Assembly (NCBI GenBank): GCA_943704425.1
Contig: CALSCP010000538.1
Location: 1 to 42,812, forward strand
Direction: 5' to 3'
Length of the DNA: 42,812 nt
From: Ministeria vibrans ATCC 50519
Lineage: Eukaryota > Protista > Filasterea
In this document: piece after piece, positions 35,835-42,812 of the stretch
Layout of the letters: each line of letters begins with the position of its first letter
How positions within the stretch are numbered: the stretch's first letter is position 1
Position numbers and translations under genes: made by a program
The notes under the pieces: generated by a model
What the model was told of the DNA's origin: nothing
The model's database searches: none
Seen by the model: only the letters and a program-made list of their open reading frames with translations

Positions 35835-37652
35835 ACTTTGGACACGCGCAAGTTTGCGTCATACGCACTGGGCGGATCCGGGGTGGCAGGGCCGCTGTGT
35901 GGGCTGGGCTGCATCCACCCCTGCTGTTTCCCCGGCGTGCTCTTGTTGTTTGTTCTGTGTACTCTGCTGATCGTGCGCCTCTCTAATCATTAATTTCGTC
36001 TCTCCCCTCTCACAGAAAATCTACACATACCCCAACAACCCGCGTGTGTACAAGGCGCAGATCGCGGCCCAATACGTTGGTGCCACTCTGGACATTGTCC
36101 CTGACTTCCAGATGGGCGTGACCAACAAGACGGCTGAGTTTCTCGCCAAATTCCCTTTCGGAAAGGTACACTTTCGACACGCGACACGCAAACTGCCCGT
36201 CGCCGCCCCTAAACGGCGTGTTTTCTTGCTAGGTGCCCGCGTTTGAGAGCGCATCCGGTGATGCCATCTACGAGAGCAACGGCATCGCCACCTACGGTAA
36301 GTTGTGCTGTGTGTTTTGTTGTCTTTCAATATTTCGTCGTCGTCGACACAAAAACCCCCTTCTTGAAATGATGTGTATACAGCTTTATCCCTGTCCGAGA
36401 TAGACTTATATCATGTGGATGAAAAGTTTAGTTTCGTGCACACACAAAATAGCGCGGAACCTGATCGAGAATTGAATATCAACTTTTGACTTCTTTTTTT
36501 TACATCATACGTTGCTTTTCACTGAACCTTTTATGTTCCCTCTAGTGGCTGCGCTCAAGCCTGAGGCGAAGCTTCTGGGTGACGGACCCGCTGAGCAGGC
36601 TCAGATTGCGCAGTACGTTGCCGTGGGCGACAACGAGCTGAACGGCTCAATCGCCGTTAGCATCTACCCTCTGCTGGGCTACTACCCCTACAACAAGAAC
36701 AACGCCGAGAAGGCGCAGGCACAGCTCGCGACCGTCTTCGGCACCCTGAACGAGGTGCTTTCATCGAAGACCTTCCTTGTCGGCGAGCGTGTGACGTTCG
36801 CAGATATCTCACTTGTGTGCAGCATCATGCCGCTGTTCAAGTTGGCATGGGACGCCAAGATGCGCGCCCCGTACGGCAACCTCCTCCGCTGGTTCGACAC
36901 TTGCGTTCACCAGGCCGAGTTTGTCGCTGTCATTGGTGACTTTGAGATGTGCACGACGCCCATGGCACCGCCCGCGGCCGCTGAGAAGCCCAAGAAGGAG
37001 AAGAAGGAGAAGAAGGCTGCCGAGCCCAAGAAGGAGAAGAAGGAGAAGAAGCCGGCGAAGGAGGAGGAAGAAGAGGAGGAAGTGGAGCGTCCTAAGGCCA
37101 AGGACCCGCTCGCGGGCCTGCCTGCCTCTCCGTTTAACCTCGACGAGTTCAAGCGCGTCTACAGCAACAACGACACGGCCACCGTTGCCATCCCCCACTT
37201 CTGGGAGCACCTCGACAAGGAGGGTTTCTCCCTTTGGCGTGCCGACTACATGTATAACGATGACCTCGGCCAGATGTTCATGACCAGCAACCTTGTCAGC
37301 GGCATGTACCAGGTACCTTCAAAATAACAATAACCAAAATAATGTAATTGAATTTTTATTAATTTTATCAATTTTTTTGTAGCGCCTGGATAAGCTCAGG
37401 AAGCACGCCTTTGCATCGATGTGCATCTTTGGCGAGAACAACAAGAACAGCATCAGCGGCATCTGGCTGATCCGCGGCCAGGAGCTTGCGTTCAACCTCA
37501 ACGAGGACTGGAACGTCGATGCTCCCAGCTACAAGTTTACCAAGCTCGACCCTAACGCCCCCGAGACGGTTACCATGGTCAACGAGTACTGGATGCACGA
37601 GGGCAAGGAGTTTGACGAGCGAAAGTTTTTCGATGGAAAGATCTTCAAGTAA
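35407..37652 (+). CDS. EEF1G: Elongation factor 1-gamma (eEF1B-gamma), 420 aa. Exons 35407-35418, 36016-36165, 36233-36296, 36546-37312, 37383-37652.
   Basis: GST-like N-terminus ([47 protein letters not shown]), K/E linker, and C-terminal domain ([38 protein letters not shown]). Exons sum to 1263 nt in frame. Confidence 0.97.
35514..35788 (+). other. Unidentified long nested stem-loop in EEF1G intron 1 (candidate structured RNA)
   Basis: Nested complementary pairs: 35514-35519/35778-35783, 35523-35533/35767-35776, 35550-35555/35744-35749, 35559-35565/35727-35733, 35591-35609/35669-35687. Followed by ACA at 35786-35788 and bracketed by A-tracts. Confidence 0.4.
36360..36471 (+). ncRNA. snR38: Intronic box C/D snoRNA of the snR38/SNORD1 family (LSU rRNA Gm guide)
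   Basis: Terminal stem TTCTTGA/TCGAGAA; box C ATGATGT 36368-36374; guide TTATCCCTGT 36385-36394, complementary to conserved LSU rRNA ACAGGGAUAA; D' CCGA 36395-36398; C'-like TGGATGA 36416-36422; box D CTGA 36461-36464, about 80 nt upstream of the 3' splice site. Confidence 0.85.
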
Positions 37653-37835
37653 ACTCCCTTTACAATCAACTTTGAACAATAACACTCATAATAAATTATA
37701 ACATATTTCTTTTCGACGGAAGCATCTTGAGTATCTATCTCCTTTAATAATAATAATACTTGATAACATAATGATTTTAAGCATATACATATCTCTCTCG
37801 GTCGGCCTGTCGTTCTCTCTTTCTTTCTTTCGACC

Positions 37836-40800
37836 TCACACGTCGGAGGGACGACGGCGAGCGCCCTTGGTGTAGATGGAGTCACGCATGTCGAGAGACA
37901 CGCGCTCCGCCAGTGGCTCCTTGTACACATACAACATGGCAGTTGCAGGCGCGCGTGCACGCGTAGGCGGAGGTGACAGCATTGCGTCCCTGTCCACCGA
38001 TTGCATGCTCACCTGCGACGGGTTGGCTCGGCGACGCGTCATGGGCGACACATCCTGGTTGAGAATGGCCGCGACAGATTCGCCAAGTGCCTGTGCCGCA
38101 CGCACCAAGGGCGACACAGCCGCGTCGGGTGTTCGCTCAAGGTGTGCCTGACGGAAGGCCCGTGGCGACGGGAGTGGCAGCGACACGGCCGACGATGGAT
38201 CGTTCCAGTCCGTCTCGTACTCTTCGCCACCCTCAAACAGTGCCAGTGCCGACGCATTTATATTCTGCGTCTTGGGTTCCTCCGAAGCTATGCTCGAGCG
38301 TGTATCTGTGCTCCTCCGCTTGCGCACCGCCATCTCAATGGAGTCGTCTTCGGCCGACTCGCGACCGCCACCATCGCCCCCAAAGTACATCTCCTGATTC
38401 TGCTCGAGGTCGTCAATCATCGAGTCGGTGACGTCGCCTGTTGTAAACTCATATTTGGCGTTATAGACGCGCTTCGAGGCAAGTTCGGCGGGCAGCTCGA
38501 GCGACGTTGAGTCGTCGCCCCATGTGGGCTCGCATTCTTCAAACTCCTGGTCGGCACTGCGCACACCATACATTTCGGGATTCTGCTCAATCTCGTCCAT
38601 CATCGACTCCGTCACGTCGCCCGTCGCAAAGCGATACTTGTCGTTGTTGCGCTTGTGTTTGGTGTCCAGCAGAAACTCGCCGCTGTGATTGTCGTCGTTG
38701 AGCTCGTCATCGTGGCTCACCTGCACACAAATCTCTTGAGGGGGTCGCGTCGCCTGCCGTGACACGGCACTGGGCGAGTCAAGCGACGACGAGCCGCCGC
38801 CGCCGCCGCGTGTGCCGCCCGTGACACCCGTCGATTTGGTCGCCTTCGACTGGTTCCCGCCCTTCTTCTTGCCCACCGGTCGCATACCCAGGTATTCGCG
38901 CCACGCGGCCCGCACACGCGCTCGAAAGCAGTAGACAAGACACAGCAGGAGACCCTGCGCCGAATTGAAAATGACAAACGGATACCAGAAGGCGGCAGAC
39001 GCTACGATGGCCAGGTAACCAAAGAGCCAGGTGACGCCGAGCGTAATGAATATGGACACGTACACTGTCAGTGTTTGTACGTGCCCGCCCTCGTTGGCGC
39101 CCTTGCGGCCCCGCTGAGCGCGGCGACTGCGCTCCATAGAGCGCACCGACAGGACAAACACAATAATGTTGAGTACAATTACAATGAGGACGGGCACAAG
39201 GAAGGCTCCAATGAGGCCAGGTTGCGAGCCAATCCAACAGTTGGTCGCATTGCCCAGCTGCAGTGCACTCGAGTTGGCCACCTCAATGATGACAATGAGC
39301 AGGGTGAGTGCCAGCGGCATGCCCCACCCAAACAGCATATACGGCTTGAGCGCGTCCGACTTGTTGCCCGACTTGACTTTGAGCTGTACCAGCATAGAGA
39401 AGAGCTGGTGCGAAATACACAGCATCCAGCAGAAGCATGCCATGAGAAAGAAGTAGAGGAAAGCGGCGGAGGCGGTGCACGCAGACGCATTCGATACGCG
39501 GTCAATACCCACGAGGAAGACCAGGTTGGCAAAGAAGATGGCAACGCACAAGTTCATGACAAGCTTGGTGGGACCCGTGGCAAGTTGACGCAGAAGAGAG
39601 AAGGTCACGATGAATATGGTACATCCAACCATGGAGAAAGCACTGCCCACATACGAAATGATCTCGAGCGCGGCCGCGTCGCCCGAGCCCGCCACGTCGA
39701 GCAGCACGGCAAACGACGTCAGATGATTGCAGCGGCAGGTGGTCGCCGATGGTGTCGACTCGACCACTTCGCAGCCCCACGTCTTCCACAGCGACACGGT
39801 CGAGTCCCACCACACACACGTGTGTACGTCGCCTGTCGTGTAGCTTGTGTGCGACAGCGTGATTACCACCGCCGCGTCTGCAGTCAAATTGCTCACTTGG
39901 GTGCCATCAATGCTAAAGACCACCACCGACGACTTGATGGTTTGCGTCGTGGCGGGCACATAGGGATCCTCCTGGAACGTACTAAACTCCATGAGTTGAC
40001 AATCATTCGAGGCGCCAAAGACAGCACTGCCAAAGTTCGGTGGCACATAGATGGCAGCACCCGATGAGCCATAGGTGCGAGTGATGTTCTCGGGGGCGCT
40101 ACGGCGCGCCTCAATGAGCAAATTAGAGCCCTCAATGGAAGTAGACTCGCCGCAGGACAGCGTTTCCGCCAGCGACATGGAGAACTGCTCGACAATTCCG
40201 GGCAGTGTGTTGGACACGCCGGCGGCACGGAGTCGCTTCATGGCCGCCGGCTGGAACAATTTCTTGATGGTCGATGCCGAGCTGTTGCGCATCTGCAACG
40301 TGGCCGCAGTGGCACTCGTGGCGTTCGTTTTCATGGCATTGCGCGTAAAATTCATCACGCCCGACAACGTCCCCAGAATGTTCTCCTCAATCACGCCAGG
40401 CGCCAACTCCGCCTCGGTCCACAGGTTGTCGTCGACAAGCATTGCGTCGAGCAGGTCGAGGCGCTCAAACATCTCCCCTTCCGTCGCCGGCACGACCGTG
40501 TCAAAGCTCAGTTGCTCAAACTGACAAAAGCTGCTGGTCGAATTGTGGTAGTGTGTCACCTCGACGAAGGTGGAGCGGCTTTTGATGGACGGCACATCAA
40601 GACACAGGTTGGTGTTGTGCGAGATGGTGACGTCCTCGACGTGCGTAAAGTTGAAGTCACGCATGGTAAAAAGGTTTTGGTTGTTGTAGAGGGCTAGGAC
40701 GGGAGCCGTCTTGATTGAGAGACGCAGCTGAAACATGCCCGTCTGCATCAGGTAGAATCCTGCTTCCGATATTTCCAGCGAGGGAAAATGGACCTCGACA

Positions 40801-42589
40801 AGATCAGGCAAAGCAATAAGATAAATGGCAACTTCGGGACGACAGTCGCACTTGCCAAATTCACATCCGCCACCAGGGCACACACTCGAGTCCCCGCACG
40901 GCGCACAGTTTGGATCGCCAGGCGTACACAGCTTGTCAACAATGAATTCAGAGCAGGGGGGCAAGCTCAAATCAAACGTTTCTTCTAGCATGCCCTGCGA
41001 GCCAATGTCGGTGAGCAAGGGCACATCCACCACCTTCAAGTCGGGCAGGTCGAGCAGAGAAAGAAGCGAACCAATGGAGCCGAGCGAGGGGAACACCAGA
41101 TGTGTGATGCCTTGGCATTCGCTAATAAAGACGAGCCCGGTACTGACGAGTGACTCGAGACCCGTCTCGTACGCCGCGTTGGTGCCCAGCTGATGCAGTC
41201 GGAAGAGCACAACCGACTCGACGTTGGTAATCTGACCGGGCAAACGAACGAGCAAGGGCGAGGTGGAGACGCGCAGGCTGCGGGTGACCGAGGCGAGAAA
41301 GCCAAAGGCACCGGGGTGCGACAGAGAGATGCCCTGCTCCGGCCAGGCGGCCGTGGTGACAGGCACAAAACTGACGAGCTGCTCGTTGTTCTCGATGGTC
41401 ATGGACTCGAGTTGGGTGACATAGCGAAAGGCGGCCATGTCCGAGACAAAGTTGGAGTTGTCGGAGAAAACAAAGCGCTTGAGCCAGAGCGTAGGCGAGT
41501 TGAAACCATAGATGCGCTCAAGGCGCTGATTCGCCATGAACGAAACCTCTTCCACTTCACCCAGGGCGTGAAAGCCACGCACTTCAATAAGGTTGGGGTT
41601 GCTCAAAATGCAAATGCGCTCCACCGCTGTAGCGTTGCGGAAGATGTCAACGCTGACGAGGTTGTCGCAATTGGTCACGTTTACATCCCACACTTTGACG
41701 TTGACAACGCCCGGCAGGGGCAGGTAAAGCGATTGGAGCGCGTTGCAGCGATGGAGTTGAAAGCTGGTAATGTTGACAATCCCATCGAGGCCCGACACGT
41801 CGACAAGCATAGGGTTGTCGGCGAGGTGCACTCTTTGTCCGCTGCCGACGATGTTGAAGTCGGCAAGCGACACGAGATTAGGCATGGAGAAGATATTGAT
41901 GCTGGCGGTGCAAATGGAGAAGCCTGAAAAGTCGCCCATGTTCTGCCAGAATGGCAAACCCGTCAGCGTGATGTTATTGTACACCGTAAGATTGGCGCGC
42001 ATCGCAGGCTGCTCGAGCAAGGCGCAATTTTCAAAGCTGACGCCAGCGACAAAGGTCATAGACGTGGGGAAGTTGATGTGGCGCACAATGGGACTGTTTC
42101 GCACCACGAGTGGGCCCATAATGTGGTTGAGGGCGGAAGCATCGTCGAAGATGGTCACCATGCGCGGCGTGTTGTTGTCGATAATCATGCTGCCGAGCAC
42201 CTCAAAAACTTGATTGAAATTGATAAGGGTCGCCAGGTTGGTGCGCTCGACGACAAAGACGACGGGCTCGGGATAGAATCCGTTGTTGAAGGGGTCACCA
42301 ATGCGAACGAGCTGGTCGAAGAAAACGGCATCCTGCAAGTCGGGCAGATCGCGCAGCATCAACTGGTAGGTTACTTCAAACGTGCGCCACTGGCCGGTCG
42401 CATGAATGTGCACCAGCGACGGCAGATCATCGAGGGTAAACGTGCCAAACTTTTGAATGTCACTAAATGAGTCGATGGTGGTCAGTTCGGCCCAATCGCG
42501 GATTTCCACGTTGCTGATCTCATCGTAGGTGTGAAAACAGTTGAGTTCCGATGAGATGCCGTTGTTTGCAATGTACAGCAGAGACGTCA
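37836..42589 (-). CDS. Adhesion GPCR, 5' partial (terminal exon 37836-42589): LRR/receptor-L-like solenoid, Cys-rich EGF-like insert, GAIN/GPS, secretin-like 7TM, long acidic tail
   Basis: GPS CVWWDSTVSLWKTWGCEVV...TTCRCNHL|TSFAVLL (cleavage between 39720 and 39719); seven hydrophobic helices (LEIISYVG, NLCVAIF, FFLMACFCWM, GWGMP, CWI, LGVTWLFG, FNSAQG); Lxx-L/I-x-I-xx-N-xx-L repeats upstream. Acceptor gctag at 42590-42594 follows a (CT)n intron. Confidence 0.9.
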
Positions 42590-42602
42590 CTAGCGAAAGT
42601 AG

Positions 42603-42605
<3 letters not shown>

Positions 42606-42696
<91 letters not shown>
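42606..42696. repeat. (GA)n microsatellite in the adhesion GPCR intron
   Basis: Pure dinucleotide run; it produces the spurious (LS)n start of the ORF-track protein. Confidence 0.98.
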
Positions 42697-42699
<3 letters not shown>

Positions 42700-42812
42700 G
42701 AGGGAGAGAGAGAGAAAGAGAAAAAGAAAGAGACGAAAGAAACAAAGTGATAGAGAGAGAATGGTGAGAAATAAAACATATGTGTCCTCGTATGTCATGT
42801 TCGTTTTTTTTT

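Noticed and set aside
42590-42779. Hydrophobic (LS)n N-terminus of the 1,647-aa ORF
   Set aside because: Translation of an intronic (CT)n tract; the true 5' exons lie outside the window.

Overview
Eukaryotic, gene-dense, intron-containing DNA with (GA)n/(CA)n-rich introns. The gene content suggests a unicellular holozoan such as a choanoflagellate (inference). Eight protein genes can be built by hand. (1) QARS1 (-, partial). (2) ZC3H15/Tma46 (-, partial). (3) A ~5,250-aa type-I membrane protein (+) with three IgGFc-binding modules, 34 He_PIG/cadherin-like repeats and a motif-rich cytoplasmic tail. (4) An RNF213/mysterin-like protein (+) that lacks its N-terminal half, has no recognisable RING, has a collapsed RZ finger and ends in a ubiquitin-like fold. 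(5) A Hakai-type RING + RS-rich + LOTUS/OST-HTH protein (-). (6) NFXL1 (+, one GC-AG intron). (7) EEF1G (+), with a snR38-type C/D snoRNA in intron 3 and an unidentified ~275-nt rod-like RNA structure in intron 1. (8) An LRR/L-domain-type adhesion GPCR (-, 5' partial). There are three assembly gaps; the one at 7959-8051 looks like an unmerged overlap that artificially splits the giant ORF. Homology calls come from recalled family sequences and were not checked by database search.
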